Both the position numbers and the translations under genes were made by a program. Below the pieces are notes generated by a model. It saw nothing but the letters and a program-made list of their open reading frames with translations, made no database searches and had not been told where the DNA came from. This document shows positions 45,517 through 55,666 of a stretch of DNA of 64,000 bases, piece after piece. Within the stretch, counting starts at the first letter, position 1; the number at the start of each line of letters is the position of its first letter. This stretch comes from a virus: the IMG/VR virus record IMGVR_UViG_3300021379_000006, positions 53,830-117,829 of that record, one strand, 5' to 3'.

Positions 45517-45534
45517 GCAGTATATAGCTATCTA
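45517..45534 (-). promoter_or_regulatory. TAGATAGCTATATACTGC motif (copy 1)
   Basis: 17/18 identical to 59861-59878; intergenic, upstream of the scaffold/capsid promoter. Confidence 0.6.
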
Positions 45535-45567
45535 TGTTTTTGCTTATATTAATTATATTAATAAAGT

Positions 45568-48333
45568 TTAGTCCTTGCTATCTTTTTTGGATTCAGAACT
45601 CTTCACATCATATCTGTTTTTGTTTTCTCTAGCAATCTGAAGTTGTTTATCAGCAACCTCTCTTTGAGCTGCTAATTTTTCTCTTTCAATCTGCATTTTA
45701 GAGTTTTCCATAGAGTTCTTTATAGATGCTTGTTCTCTTTTGAAACTGAAGTCTTCTCTTCTTTCGTTAGATCTTCTCATTTCTTTCATAGCATCTTGAT
45801 AGTCTGATATTTTATTTTCATTAATATCAACAGTAGCACCGTAACCAGCCGCTCTAATCTCAGCAACTTGAACATCTTTTTGTCTTTCTTTATCAGCTTC
45901 AGCTGCTTCAAACTGCATCTTCATCTGTTGCTCTTGAGCTTTAGCTTGAAGTTGTTGTTCTTGCATTTCTCTTTGCTGCTGCATTTCTTGTTCTCTCATT
46001 TGCATTTGTTTAGATTCTGCATCTTTCAAGATATCAGAAACCTCTGCAATAGAGTCTGCTTTGATTATATTACCGAGATCATAAATACTTGCACCAGATG
46101 TATTATTCTGAATTGCTAACTGTTTTAATTGATCTAAAATATTTCTATGATTTGTTTTGGTTGTAGCAAATACATTAAAGTCTCTCAATAATAAATCTGT
46201 TCCGTTTATTACAAAGTTTACTTTTTCTGCTTCAGATGAAATATAAGATAGTCTAACGCTTGGATTAGTGCTGTAGTAATACTGAGCAAGATCAGTACGC
46301 ATCTGATGCACCCTAGGCATTAAATGATCTGAGTGCTGCGTAAAATAAATTTCAGTCTGAGCATAAGATTGATTCAATGCTTGAGTAACTCCAGTTGCTG
46401 TCTCATTACCCATTGGTGCACCCAAACGTTGTGGATTCACACCAATAGCATCAAATGCTTGTTGCTTAAAGTAATTTGCTAATTGAATACGCGACATCAA
46501 TCTATTAGTCTGCTCCATATTTAGAGTTTGATAATGATTGAAGTTAGTTGCATTCTCCGTATTTGTAATAGAAGTATCAAGTGGTAGCATTTGGAAATCT
46601 TTCATTGCCACAAATGCTTTGGCATAATTTCCTTTACCCCAATCTTCTCCCATTGAATGTCTAGGAAGTGCATTCTGATCAAACATAATTACAGTACCTA
46701 GCTCATCTACTAGAATATCTGCAATCTGATTGTTTACCATGTTGTATCCAACTTGATACGCTTTCATAAGATCAACAAGTGATGTAGATCTAGTGTTGCG
46801 GTCAGAGAATACTCTTCCTTCTACAGGTAGTTTACATCCATATAAAGAATTATCTCCTTTAAACTGGAATGGTATTTTACCTGGTTTTTGTCTATTAATA
46901 CCTAAATAAATAGGATTAATATTATTGCTTGCATCTGATTTCCAAAATGCAGGTAAGTTTGGTCCAATCTTAACACCACCCCATACTTCATTAATCCAAA
47001 TCCAATCAATATGTTCTCCTTGAACCAGATTGTCTTTAGATTTATTTTTAAATATGGTGGTATCATACATTGGTTTTTCTGTAACCTTAAAGGTTTCATC
47101 AATGATCTCCTGAATTACCTCCCCTTCTTCTGTGATCTTAGTAAGGTGTCCAACTTTACGCTGAGTTTTCCAATAGACTGTGGTTACTCTCATTAAGGAC
47201 CCTTCCCCCCAATTAGGTAAATCATCCCCCTCATTAAGAATAGAACTGACGATATCACCCCCATATTCAGGAGAACTGTTCCAATTACTTACAAATTGTC
47301 TATAAGCTAAACTTGGTGAATTAGTATTCCACTCATGAGATTTAGTAGGATCATAGTATGCACCATCATTCTGATAGCCGGATATTTGATACCTTCCTGA
47401 TTTAGCAGGATAAATCTCTTGCAAAGACTCTAATTGTTTTTGATTCATTAGATACCCATACTTATCAATCACATCAGCTACGGTCATAAGATCCATCTTA
47501 CCTGCATAGTTAGATTGAGATATATATCTAGCATCAGGTGATTTCTGATAGAATGTAAGCACAGGATTCCAAAGTTCTAGCTCATAATCATCTTCAAGCA
47601 TTCTAAAATGCCAGAACTCTCTATCTGTGATAAGCATGTCTCTAAAAGCACGCTCCTCTAGCTCTTGCATTTTAAAACGTTCCTCATCAACATTTAATTG
47701 ATGAGAAGCCCATTCTTCTACTAGTGATCTATAATCTTTACTAAAGAAGTCTTGAATTTCAGGGAGGGTTTTAATATTCTCTGGTGCTAGTTGTTGTTGA
47801 AACTGCTCATCATTAGGATCAGCACCCATTTCAATCATCTTAAGCATTAACTTGTTTGAAGCATCCCTTAAAAGATTCTCTTCAATCATTAGTCTTTTTT
47901 GCTCTAGCATTTCATTGTAAGACAAATCATCTACAGCTCTAAATTGAACCTTTGAAAATCTTTTTGAAAATTCTCCAGATAATACATTTACAACATTGGG
48001 AATAATAGGATAGAATTTAAGTTCTAATGCTGATTCATCTTCTTTGGTAAGTACATCAACAAGATCTTTGTATTCGTTATCTTCTTCAACTATATAGTCA
48101 GTTTTGTCAATAATACCTTTTGCTAACTTATAATTCTTAAGAAGTTTTCTGGCATTTTGTCTAAGAAATTGCATACCCTGCAATTCTAACCAATCTAAAT
48201 TCCAAGCGGCCCAGTTTTCATCTTTCTTTTTAGCAGAAAGAAACTGAACTGGTTGAGTTAGACTAGACGTGGTTGGGTACCCGCTATCTGCTTTGGCACC
48301 ATTCTTTAATTGCATTGCATTAAATACCTTCAT
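45568..48333 (-). CDS. Portal protein
   Basis: 921 aa after terminase; YPIIPNVVNVLSGE motif; C-terminal Gln-rich barrel coiled coil. Confidence 0.85.
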   Translation of the reverse strand: MKVFNAMQLKNGAKADSGYPTTSSLTQPVQFLSAKKKDENWAAWNLDWLELQGMQFLRQNARKLLKNYKLAKGIIDKTDYIVEEDNEYKDLVDVLTKEDESALELKFYPIIPNVVNVLSGEFSKRFSKVQFRAVDDLSYNEMLEQKRLMIEENLLRDASNKLMLKMIEMGADPNDEQFQQQLAPENIKTLPEIQDFFSKDYRSLVEEWASHQLNVDEERFKMQELEERAFRDMLITDREFWHFRMLEDDYELELWNPVLTFYQKSPDARYISQSNYAGKMDLMTVADVIDKYGYLMNQKQLESLQEIYPAKSGRYQISGYQNDGAYYDPTKSHEWNTNSPSLAYRQFVSNWNSSPEYGGDIVSSILNEGDDLPNWGEGSLMRVTTVYWKTQRKVGHLTKITEEGEVIQEIIDETFKVTEKPMYDTTIFKNKSKDNLVQGEHIDWIWINEVWGGVKIGPNLPAFWKSDASNNINPIYLGINRQKPGKIPFQFKGDNSLYGCKLPVEGRVFSDRNTRSTSLVDLMKAYQVGYNMVNNQIADILVDELGTVIMFDQNALPRHSMGEDWGKGNYAKAFVAMKDFQMLPLDTSITNTENATNFNHYQTLNMEQTNRLMSRIQLANYFKQQAFDAIGVNPQRLGAPMGNETATGVTQALNQSYAQTEIYFTQHSDHLMPRVHQMRTDLAQYYYSTNPSVRLSYISSEAEKVNFVINGTDLLLRDFNVFATTKTNHRNILDQLKQLAIQNNTSGASIYDLGNIIKADSIAEVSDILKDAESKQMQMREQEMQQQREMQEQQLQAKAQEQQMKMQFEAAEADKERQKDVQVAEIRAAGYGATVDINENKISDYQDAMKEMRRSNERREDFSFKREQASIKNSMENSKMQIEREKLAAQREVADKQLQIARENKNRYDVKSSESKKDSKD

Positions 48334-48335
48334 AT

Positions 48336-50525
48336 CTATCTATAATTTTTAAAAGGGGATCTTTTTATTTTATGACCTCCAATGCTAGTTTTACCACGTC
48401 CTAAATTTTTAAACGGACTATACTTTAATTTACGTAAATCTTTTGAATTATCCAAAGAAACATCAGCATCTGCTTCTCTCCTTTTTAAATATCCTCTATT
48501 TGACTCTTGGATCTTTGCAAATGCCACTAATGCTGAGAAAGCCACTAGTCTATCCACGTTAAGACCAGGGTAGTATGCTAACATTTCTTTCAATAGCATT
48601 GGATCTGGTATTCTTTCAATACCTAGTGTTGTTGATAATACATTTCCATCTTGATCTGTTTCTACGTCTATCTCTTCCCTTAAGAACTCAATTGCGTAAG
48701 AAATCAAATGACTCTTGAAAAGAGTACCTGTGTTTTTCCAACCATACTCTTGATATACAGTTCTGTTACTACCTAGATCTTTTAAGAACAAAATTTGTTG
48801 TTTAGGTACAAGATATTTTTGTTTCTTCTTAGCAATCATATGCTGTATAAAAAGAGATATGTTATTCTCAACAAGAGTCCAAGCATTATACCATTCTATA
48901 ATTAATTCTAATTGCTCATGTGTTTTGTTGATATCATCATATCTACCACACCATGCAGCTACAATCTTAGCTGGTTCTATGAAGTGCTCAAGACCATTTG
49001 CTGTTTCTCTTGTTATCTCTACAGAATTTTTATAGACAAAAATACTACACAAAGAGTCTGATGTAGTTGTCTTACCCTCTGATACGGGGTCAATAGAAGC
49101 ATAATAAGCACCAAACTCTGGATTGGCTATAGGTCTTTCCCAAACAACCAAACAACCGGTCTTATCTTGAGCCTTTTTGTTTACAGGAAATTCTGAAATA
49201 GGTAGCTTATTAGATCTTTTAGCCATAATTCCATCTTGAACTCTTTCAAGTTCTATATGTTCATATGCATATTCTTTTTCTTCTATCTTCTTCATTTGCT
49301 TAGATAGAATACCTTGAGGGAATACAGATTCTTTTCTATATGCAAATGCTTCTGCAATATTTGTTGGTTTTTGAGAAATACGTAATTGATATTGCTCTGG
49401 ATTAAGATCTGCTTTCCATTTTTCTCTTTCTAATCTAATAGCTTCTAAAGCTTCTTCTATAAGTGAATTACCATATTCATCAATATGGGGTGGCATAGAC
49501 CATTGCTCAGGTATAAATAACCCAGCTAAGCCTATTGTACCATCCTTGTCCATTAGATTGGTTTCTACAGCATATATATCATTTGATGTAGGATTTAGGA
49601 TCATTTCTTTCAATGGTTCACACTGATCCAAATCACCCACAGAACCTGCTGCTATGAACATACCCGTAGTAACCATACCAGAAGACATTGCAGGACGCAA
49701 GTACTCATATGTTTGCATCATCTTAGGTGCAATACCTGCCTCCTCATGGAAGAAATAAGTTGTTGGACCCCCTACACCCGTTGTAGCATTTTTCTCAAAA
49801 GAGGCACCTTGTATTTTAGATTTAAGACCTCTAGATGTTTTCCTATTACCAACCTTAACTTCAATCTGCTGTTGCCATAGCAATACCTTCTCTGGATTGC
49901 TGGGTCTGTACCAAGCGGTATGTTCATTAAGGAATGTTTTGTACTCATCTAAAAACTTCCATGAACCTTTATCATTAATGTAGTCTTTTAGTGACGCACC
50001 AATCTTACATGTGCTACCTTCTTCAAACCAATAAGTATTGATAATCTTACCCATGTGAAAGTAAGAAGATGCAATCTGACGTTTTTTTAGAATGGCAGAA
50101 TGCTTGTAATTTAGTTCTGCTAATAGTTCATAAAGAGCCATATGATACTGAGCATCTCTAACTTTAGCAAAGCCATACTTCTTTTCTTCTTTATCATAGA
50201 TAGGTAAGAAGTTTAACCACATGTAATAATCTCTGGTAAGATACCATGTATTATCACGGTCTTTGTATATAGCACCTACGCGACATTTATCTTTTTGATC
50301 ATTCCAGTAATTTATAAAATCTCTAGATCTAAAGGGAGCAGCACAATAAAAACCGTCTTTATTAAACTTTCTAGCCTCAGCATTAAATTGAAATGATGTT
50401 TCATTAAAGTTATAAAAACCGGGTTCCTTAAATACAGATAAGATAAAGTCTAAAAAATCTTCTCTTGTTTCAAACTCTGTCTTGGACCATAGGCCATTCT
50501 GATATGTAGGTACGGATATAAACAC
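48336..50525 (-). CDS. terL: Terminase large subunit
   Basis: Walker A-like LKKRQIASS, Walker B FFHEEAG, nuclease motifs ASIDPV, VENN, NVDRLVA. Confidence 0.9.
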   Translation of the reverse strand: MFISVPTYQNGLWSKTEFETREDFLDFILSVFKEPGFYNFNETSFQFNAEARKFNKDGFYCAAPFRSRDFINYWNDQKDKCRVGAIYKDRDNTWYLTRDYYMWLNFLPIYDKEEKKYGFAKVRDAQYHMALYELLAELNYKHSAILKKRQIASSYFHMGKIINTYWFEEGSTCKIGASLKDYINDKGSWKFLDEYKTFLNEHTAWYRPSNPEKVLLWQQQIEVKVGNRKTSRGLKSKIQGASFEKNATTGVGGPTTYFFHEEAGIAPKMMQTYEYLRPAMSSGMVTTGMFIAAGSVGDLDQCEPLKEMILNPTSNDIYAVETNLMDKDGTIGLAGLFIPEQWSMPPHIDEYGNSLIEEALEAIRLEREKWKADLNPEQYQLRISQKPTNIAEAFAYRKESVFPQGILSKQMKKIEEKEYAYEHIELERVQDGIMAKRSNKLPISEFPVNKKAQDKTGCLVVWERPIANPEFGAYYASIDPVSEGKTTTSDSLCSIFVYKNSVEITRETANGLEHFIEPAKIVAAWCGRYDDINKTHEQLELIIEWYNAWTLVENNISLFIQHMIAKKKQKYLVPKQQILFLKDLGSNRTVYQEYGWKNTGTLFKSHLISYAIEFLREEIDVETDQDGNVLSTTLGIERIPDPMLLKEMLAYYPGLNVDRLVAFSALVAFAKIQESNRGYLKRREADADVSLDNSKDLRKLKYSPFKNLGRGKTSIGGHKIKRSPFKNYR

Positions 50526-50806
50526 TATTCAATTGTCTGAATTACAGCAAAAACATCTCCAGCATTAATTAGCAAATGTGTCTCACCTTCATGTTTCATT
50601 TCAGTTGGAACACAGTAATCAGCGTATTGAATTAAATCACCAGAATTTATTTCTTCTACTTCAGCGCCAACTGCAACAACAAATCCTTGATAGATCTTTT
50701 CCAACGCTGTATCTGGAATAATGATATTTGTACCAGGTATTGTTCTTTGTGCTTCTTTAGGTTTTATTAGAACCTTTTTTCCTACGGGAATTATTTTTGT
50801 TTTCAT
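50525..50806 (-). CDS. groES: GroES-like co-chaperonin
   Basis: IIPVGKKVLIK...IIIPDTA...GFVVAVG...GD...LLINAGDVFAVI cpn10 pattern. Confidence 0.9.
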   Translation of the reverse strand: MKTKIIPVGKKVLIKPKEAQRTIPGTNIIIPDTALEKIYQGFVVAVGAEVEEINSGDLIQYADYCVPTEMKHEGETHLLINAGDVFAVIQTIE

Positions 50807-50882
50807 TCTCTTTTTTATTTGGTTTTAAATTTAAGGGTTCATCCCAGTAACAGAAGACCCAGTTTTCTTTTTTGTTTGTCAT
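50757..50882 (-). CDS. Possible 41-aa peptide (MTNKKENWVFCYWDEP...)
   Basis: TAATG-coupled to the upstream gene; overlaps the GroES start. Confidence 0.4.
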   Translation of the reverse strand: MTNKKENWVFCYWDEPLNLKPNKKENENKNNSRRKKGSNKT

Positions 50883-51400
50883 TACATTTGATCATAAGCT
50901 AAACCTGCACCACCTCGCACTTGACTTTCTTGTTCTTCCTTCATATCACTAAAGGCTCCTTTGTAAGAATTTCTAATTTGCTCAAACTTGGCTGCAGCAT
51001 TTACAAGAGAGTTAATATTACCATCACGTCCATGCTCAATTTGAGTAGTCTCCATGTACCTAGCTAATCTATCAAGCATTGATTTAATACCTACGTATGC
51101 TCTATAAGTTGGTGTCTCATAAAGCTTTCTACACATATCCAAAGAGTATCTTATTTTAGAATCCTCTGTTGATTCTTCTAGTCCAACCTGTTCTACTATA
51201 ATATCTTCTTTTTCATGTTCTGGTAAATTAAAAAATGGATTTAGATCAGGGTTAGGACAAGACATGTAAAATAAATATTGATACACACTCATATATGTGT
51301 CAGGATATTCTTCCATCAAGTCTTTTAAAAATTCTAAAGTGTAGCAGTGTTCAGTTGGAATCACCTTACCATTTTGCACGTCAAATAATCTAACTATCAT
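50882..51400 (-). CDS. Conserved hypothetical protein upstream of terminase
   Basis: 172 aa ORF in a coupled operon. Confidence 0.65.
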   Translation of the reverse strand: MIVRLFDVQNGKVIPTEHCYTLEFLKDLMEEYPDTYMSVYQYLFYMSCPNPDLNPFFNLPEHEKEDIIVEQVGLEESTEDSKIRYSLDMCRKLYETPTYRAYVGIKSMLDRLARYMETTQIEHGRDGNINSLVNAAAKFEQIRNSYKGAFSDMKEEQESQVRGGAGLAYDQM

Positions 51401-52212
51401 TTCTTATTGTCTTTAAACCACATTATTAGACTATTAACTTCATCCTTCAAATACGGTAAATTATACATCTTAACCTCTTCTATCACTGGTTCTCCATTGA
51501 TGTGTTCATTAATTGGATAACCATTCTTATCTGTGCCGATCTGCTTGAATTTAACATGTTGAATAGTTAAATCACCTATCTTCAGTTTAGGGTTGTGCTT
51601 TTTAATAATATACGCATAAATACTGAGTTGTAGGTTATAATGATTCAAATTACAGTCATCTAAATGACTAACTGGGTTGTACATTTTAGATGTTATCCCT
51701 TCCCAATTAGTAAATCCTTTCTCTTTAATTTCTTTATTGGTTTTATAATCTGTAATGTTAATGTATCCATTTACAACCTCAACCAAATCAGCTTGACCAC
51801 ATAGTCCAACAGACTTTAAGTAAACTAAATGTTCTGGATATACACCATCTTTTAGTTTTTGGTTGGAAGCAATCTTGACACCGTTTTCATTTACAAGTGG
51901 TTTTACAATAGGTAGCTCTACACCATGTCTTTCAATGGTCTTAAAGTCAAGCATATCTGCTTCTCTTTGGTTATGATACCAATTACCTAATCCAATTGCT
52001 CTTTCTGTTTCCGCATCCCAAGCAGCAAGTATTTCTTTTTGGGTCATACCATACCACTTAGAACGTTTATTCTTAGCTGATTTCTTTGCTTGTGCTTTAG
52101 CATCAAACTTAGGTTTAAACATTCCAATGAAGGAAGTTACACTAGTCCAGTTTATTTTATCCTGGTCTACACTTTCATAAACATGCCCATCTTCTTTAAA
52201 AATAATTGCCAT
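51397..52212 (-). CDS. PD-(D/E)XK exonuclease-like protein
   Basis: SVTS, G-x-x-x-H, E...GQADLV...ITDYKT, YNLQLSIY motifs. Confidence 0.85.
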   Translation of the reverse strand: MAIIFKEDGHVYESVDQDKINWTSVTSFIGMFKPKFDAKAQAKKSAKNKRSKWYGMTQKEILAAWDAETERAIGLGNWYHNQREADMLDFKTIERHGVELPIVKPLVNENGVKIASNQKLKDGVYPEHLVYLKSVGLCGQADLVEVVNGYINITDYKTNKEIKEKGFTNWEGITSKMYNPVSHLDDCNLNHYNLQLSIYAYIIKKHNPKLKIGDLTIQHVKFKQIGTDKNGYPINEHINGEPVIEEVKMYNLPYLKDEVNSLIMWFKDNKK

Positions 52213-52213
52213 A

Positions 52214-52402
52214 TTATCTTAGTTTAATATCTGCTGTAGTATTCGTAACCCACATACCTAAATCATCTTGAGTATATGTTGAGTTAGTACTATTCATCCT
52301 GTATGCAATTGCATCAGCTTCAGCTCTTAGTAAAACTACAGCTGCTTCTTCTGTGATCATTTTGTATTTCAAAAGATCTTTAACTATTTCTTTAACAGTC
52401 AT
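52214..52402 (-). CDS. Hypothetical protein (probable start MTVKEIV)
   Basis: ATG 2 nt after the upstream stop. Confidence 0.6.
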   Translation of the reverse strand: MTVKEIVKDLLKYKMITEEAAVVLLRAEADAIAYRMNSTNSTYTQDDLGMWVTNTTADIKLR

Positions 52403-52404
52403 AA

Positions 52405-52707
52405 TTATAAATTTAATTGTTCTTCTTGCTCTTCTGTCATTAGTGCGCCCCACTTACCTTGTGGACATTCTGATGATAATGAGCGTGTTTTAAAATGTAA
52501 ACTGCAACCACAATCACCACAACATGGTTGAGTACCAGGAGCAAAACATTTATCTCCTTGAGTATCAAGTAGTTGGCAATCATTGCAAATTTTCATTCTT
52601 TCTTGTGCAACTATTTCCACTTCTTTTTTAGTAAAAATAGATCTATAGACACCCTCTCCTATCTTATCTATATTTTTAAATGCTTCTATTAGTTGCTTAA
52701 AATTCAT
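52405..52707 (-). CDS. Small Cys-rich (Zn-binding) protein
   Basis: RMKICNDC...CCGDCGC...CPQGKW. Confidence 0.7.
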   Translation of the reverse strand: MNFKQLIEAFKNIDKIGEGVYRSIFTKKEVEIVAQERMKICNDCQLLDTQGDKCFAPGTQPCCGDCGCSLHFKTRSLSSECPQGKWGALMTEEQEEQLNL

Positions 52708-53063
52708 TTCTTTTTGCTTTTGAATTCCTTTTTCTCTCTTTCAATCTCTTCTACCATTTCCTTGGCCTTCTCTAACCTTTCTAATTTTTCACTAACACCT
52801 ACATGTTTTTCATATCCATCGTATGTGTTTTTCAAAAGATTACCTAAAATGCTTTTATTCTTCTTAATGCTTTTATTTAATACACCTTTTCTAATATGAA
52901 AAGTACCTAAACCAGTTACATTTATACTTGGATAAGTTAAATTAGATAAATTCTTTCTAAGCTTAGAATAATAAAAGGTTATAAACTCATCCACTAATTC
53001 TGGATGTACGCCCACCTTTTCTGCTATACCTTCTTTAAAATCTTTATGACTCTTCGGATTCAA
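52704..53063 (-). CDS. HU/IHF-like DNA-binding protein
   Basis: IAEKVGV...INVTGLGTFHIR HU signature. Confidence 0.7.
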   Translation of the reverse strand: MNPKSHKDFKEGIAEKVGVHPELVDEFITFYYSKLRKNLSNLTYPSINVTGLGTFHIRKGVLNKSIKKNKSILGNLLKNTYDGYEKHVGVSEKLERLEKAKEMVEEIEREKKEFKSKKK

Positions 53064-53415
53064 TGCCTAAAATTTTATAGTCTAACAGAACAGTTCCAGA
53101 TGTCTGTACATTCATCTCTTTGTTTAAGAATATCTTCTTTCTATTCTTGCCATCTTTAACAACAAGATCTTTTTTACTTGCCTTTGTAATTGCATTACGT
53201 GCTGACTGAGGACTTTTAAAAATCCCCAGATCAGTCACGTGAAGGCAGAAAAAAGTAAGTTCAACCTCTCCTATCTTTGCAAGCTCAGCTAAACATTTTA
53301 AATCTGAATTGCTTATCTGCAAATTATTGAAGAAGCAGTATGTAACAATTTGATACTGGATTGTTGTATCCAGATCTACTTTTGCTTTTTGATCTACTTT
53401 ATTTACTATTGCCAT
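53044..53415 (-). CDS. Hypothetical protein, possibly winged-helix
   Basis: SPQSARNAITKASKKDLVVK helix plus wing pattern. Confidence 0.55.
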   Translation of the reverse strand: MAIVNKVDQKAKVDLDTTIQYQIVTYCFFNNLQISNSDLKCLAELAKIGEVELTFFCLHVTDLGIFKSPQSARNAITKASKKDLVVKDGKNRKKIFLNKEMNVQTSGTVLLDYKILGIESEES

Positions 53416-53416
53416 A

Positions 53417-54334
53417 TTATAAACTTAACAGCATATCTATCAAGTCAGGATGCGGATAACAATCAAACTTATCTCTTCTAACATTAGTGTGTGTTAAAAG
53501 ACCTTTGACCTTACCATAGTAAGCATCCTCTTGGAATTCAAATGCTTTTGTTGGTCCATATTTTTTAATCCATTGTACTAAACCAATTCGGATATCAATG
53601 TTATCACGTTCAGCAATAAACTTCAACCACTTCTCCAGTTCTTGGATTTGTTTTTCTGAATAGTTATGCCAATGAACATAACCCTTAAATGGTTCTTTTA
53701 ATGTACATACTTGAGATTCATGTGCTGTTTGACCAGCATATGTTTTTAAATCTTTAGTTAAATAGCCAAAGTTATTAATCTCAATACCTAAAGAATGACG
53801 GTTCATAAAACCGCTTCCTGTCTTACCAAGGTGCCATCCATAACCTCCTTCAGGAAATGCTTGTACCATAACACCATCATAGTCTGCATTACCATCTGTA
53901 ATTTTTTGACCCCCTAATACAAATTCAGTGGCTACACGCCCTCTGCTATCTCTACCCCAGTGATCAATTGTTTTATATGGATTGTGCCATCCTGCTGTAT
54001 GATGTAAAAAGACATAATCATTCTTGATTGGTCCTTCAATGTACTCACCCTTTGGTAAGAAGTGTCTGTGAATAGTTTGATTGTAAGGAGTGACAAAGTA
54101 TTGAGCCATTATATCCGTATCTTCATCAATAGCTTCAGTCTCTGGTCCTCTGGTAAGTAGTAGAGTCCATGTGTCATTTCCAACAATACCATCTGCTGCT
54201 AATCCAGCACCTAATTGAAATCTAATCACAGCTTTTTTAGTGCCGGGACCAAAGATACCGTCTGCTTGAATCTTTAAAGCTTTTTGTAGATCGCGTACAG
54301 CTTGACCCCTTGAGCCTTCTTTTAACATTTCCAT
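53417..54334 (-). CDS. Endolysin: peptidoglycan-binding domain plus N-acetylmuramoyl-L-alanine amidase
   Basis: LQKAL..ADGIFGPGT...FQ...LAADGIVG..TW; LHHTAG, SLGIEI, THTNVRRDKFDC. Confidence 0.9.
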   Translation of the reverse strand: MEMLKEGSRGQAVRDLQKALKIQADGIFGPGTKKAVIRFQLGAGLAADGIVGNDTWTLLLTRGPETEAIDEDTDIMAQYFVTPYNQTIHRHFLPKGEYIEGPIKNDYVFLHHTAGWHNPYKTIDHWGRDSRGRVATEFVLGGQKITDGNADYDGVMVQAFPEGGYGWHLGKTGSGFMNRHSLGIEINNFGYLTKDLKTYAGQTAHESQVCTLKEPFKGYVHWHNYSEKQIQELEKWLKFIAERDNIDIRIGLVQWIKKYGPTKAFEFQEDAYYGKVKGLLTHTNVRRDKFDCYPHPDLIDMLLSL

Positions 54335-54636
54335 TAGCTACGTTTTAGAGTTCTACGAGGTTCTTCTTCACCAGCCATAGCTGCTTCAAAATCTTCACGA
54401 GCTTCGTCCATGCCTTCTGACATTTCCTCTTCTTGACCAGCCCCATAAGCTTGTGCCAAGAACATTTGAGATTGTACACGTTCAGCACGTGCCTTCTCAA
54501 TATCTCTTAAAAGTTCTTCATACTCTTTCTGAACTTTGAGATGTTTGATGTTTTCCTTGTAGAAAGCAGTGATCTCTTCTCTGCGTTTCTTCAACTCTTC
54601 TTTAGAGAGTTCTTGAGGTGTTTCTTGTTCTGACAT
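54334..54636 (-). CDS. Small coiled-coil protein
   Basis: 100 aa ORF with its own promoter motif. Confidence 0.7.
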   Translation of the reverse strand: MSEQETPQELSKEELKKRREEITAFYKENIKHLKVQKEYEELLRDIEKARAERVQSQMFLAQAYGAGQEEEMSEGMDEAREDFEAAMAGEEEPRRTLKRS

Positions 54637-54710
54637 AATTGTTGATTTTATATGTTCTCCAACAAATATAACAAATCAAGTTTAAATACAAAAAGTTTAA
54701 AGGATTATTT

Positions 54711-55160
54711 TTATAGTACGGCTTTTACCCCGACATGGATATAATTTAGATTACGATTTACTTGCAATACACTAAACGTACTATACAGATTCTTATACAA
54801 CCTATAATCTGCGCCTATTCTACCTATTAATAATCTAGGATCATGATTTAATCTATATATAGGCCCACCATAAATTCTCAATTCGCGAATCAAGAACTCA
54901 TACTGCAAAAAAGAGTATGACGCACCGTGGTGTCCCTCACCCATAGCTAGTATACCCACAAACATTCTATCATATCCCACTTCTGCTACAACACCTCTTG
55001 CGTGAAAGCATGCTACATAACCTACAGCTGCAGATTTATTCTTATCTAGTTGCCAGTTCTTGGGTGTTTGGTAAGGATTGCACTCTTGAGCATAGGTAAT
55101 ATTGCATATCGCAATAAGCAATATGACCACTAATTTATATAGTCTGGTATATAAAAACAT
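54711..55160 (-). CDS. Putative secreted/outer-membrane beta-barrel protein (probable start ATG 55160)
   Basis: Signal-peptide-like N-terminus ending TYA-Q; about 8 amphipathic strands; ends YIHVGVKAVL; TGATG coupling. Confidence 0.55.
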   Translation of the reverse strand: MFLYTRLYKLVVILLIAICNITYAQECNPYQTPKNWQLDKNKSAAVGYVACFHARGVVAEVGYDRMFVGILAMGEGHHGASYSFLQYEFLIRELRIYGGPIYRLNHDPRLLIGRIGADYRLYKNLYSTFSVLQVNRNLNYIHVGVKAVL

Positions 55161-55474
55161 CAAGGATAAAGCATCTTGTGCAGCACAGCACATTTCTCAT
55201 ATTCCTCTTTTTCCTGAAAGTATAAAATTATATTTTCGAGATCTTCCTTGCTAGGACCGTCTTCAACGTCATGCGCCACGGTTGTAACGCCATCAATACT
55301 ACCATTATTACGAATAAGCAACTCATCAAAGGTGATCTCCCTAGTAATAATACTATAAGAGTTATTAAAGGCTTGATCAAACAACTCATCTTCTTTCTCC
55401 ATCTGTTCTAACTCAGAAAGCCCATCAAAAAGGGATCCTTCCATATCGTCAAACTCATCATCATTGAAATCCAT
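55160..55474 (-). CDS. Acidic protein with C-terminal UvrB/UvrC (UVR) motif
   Basis: FQEKEEYEKCAVLHK; start MDFND placed downstream of the promoter motif at 55503-55513. Confidence 0.65.
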   Translation of the reverse strand: MDFNDDEFDDMEGSLFDGLSELEQMEKEDELFDQAFNNSYSIITREITFDELLIRNNGSIDGVTTVAHDVEDGPSKEDLENIILYFQEKEEYEKCAVLHKMLYP

Positions 55475-55652
55475 AATATACCATTTAAAGATCCTACATA
55501 TATAAGATACAAATTTTTTTACCCCTAGAAAACCCATGTACTCTGTTTCTATACCAAGAGATATTATTTGTTCTGTCCCCGGACCTGCAAAAATTCTGTG
55601 TTTGGCATTGGCAGTACCCCATAATGTACGGCTCCCCTCCTAAAATTTGACA

Positions 55653-55666
55653 GGGGGGCACCCCCC
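55653..55666. repeat. G6-CA-C6 inverted repeat at the strand switch
   Basis: GGGGGGCACCCCCC in AT-rich divergent intergenic DNA. Confidence 0.7.

Noticed and set aside
1462-48573. Many short plus-strand and alternate-frame ORFs in the track (e.g. 8458-8838, 28670-29053, 44960-45379)
   Set aside because: Shadow ORFs inside long minus-strand genes, with no recognisable motifs
42480-50525. Introns or inteins in terminase, portal or capsid genes
   Set aside because: ORFs are continuous, of expected size, with no intein or homing-endonuclease motifs
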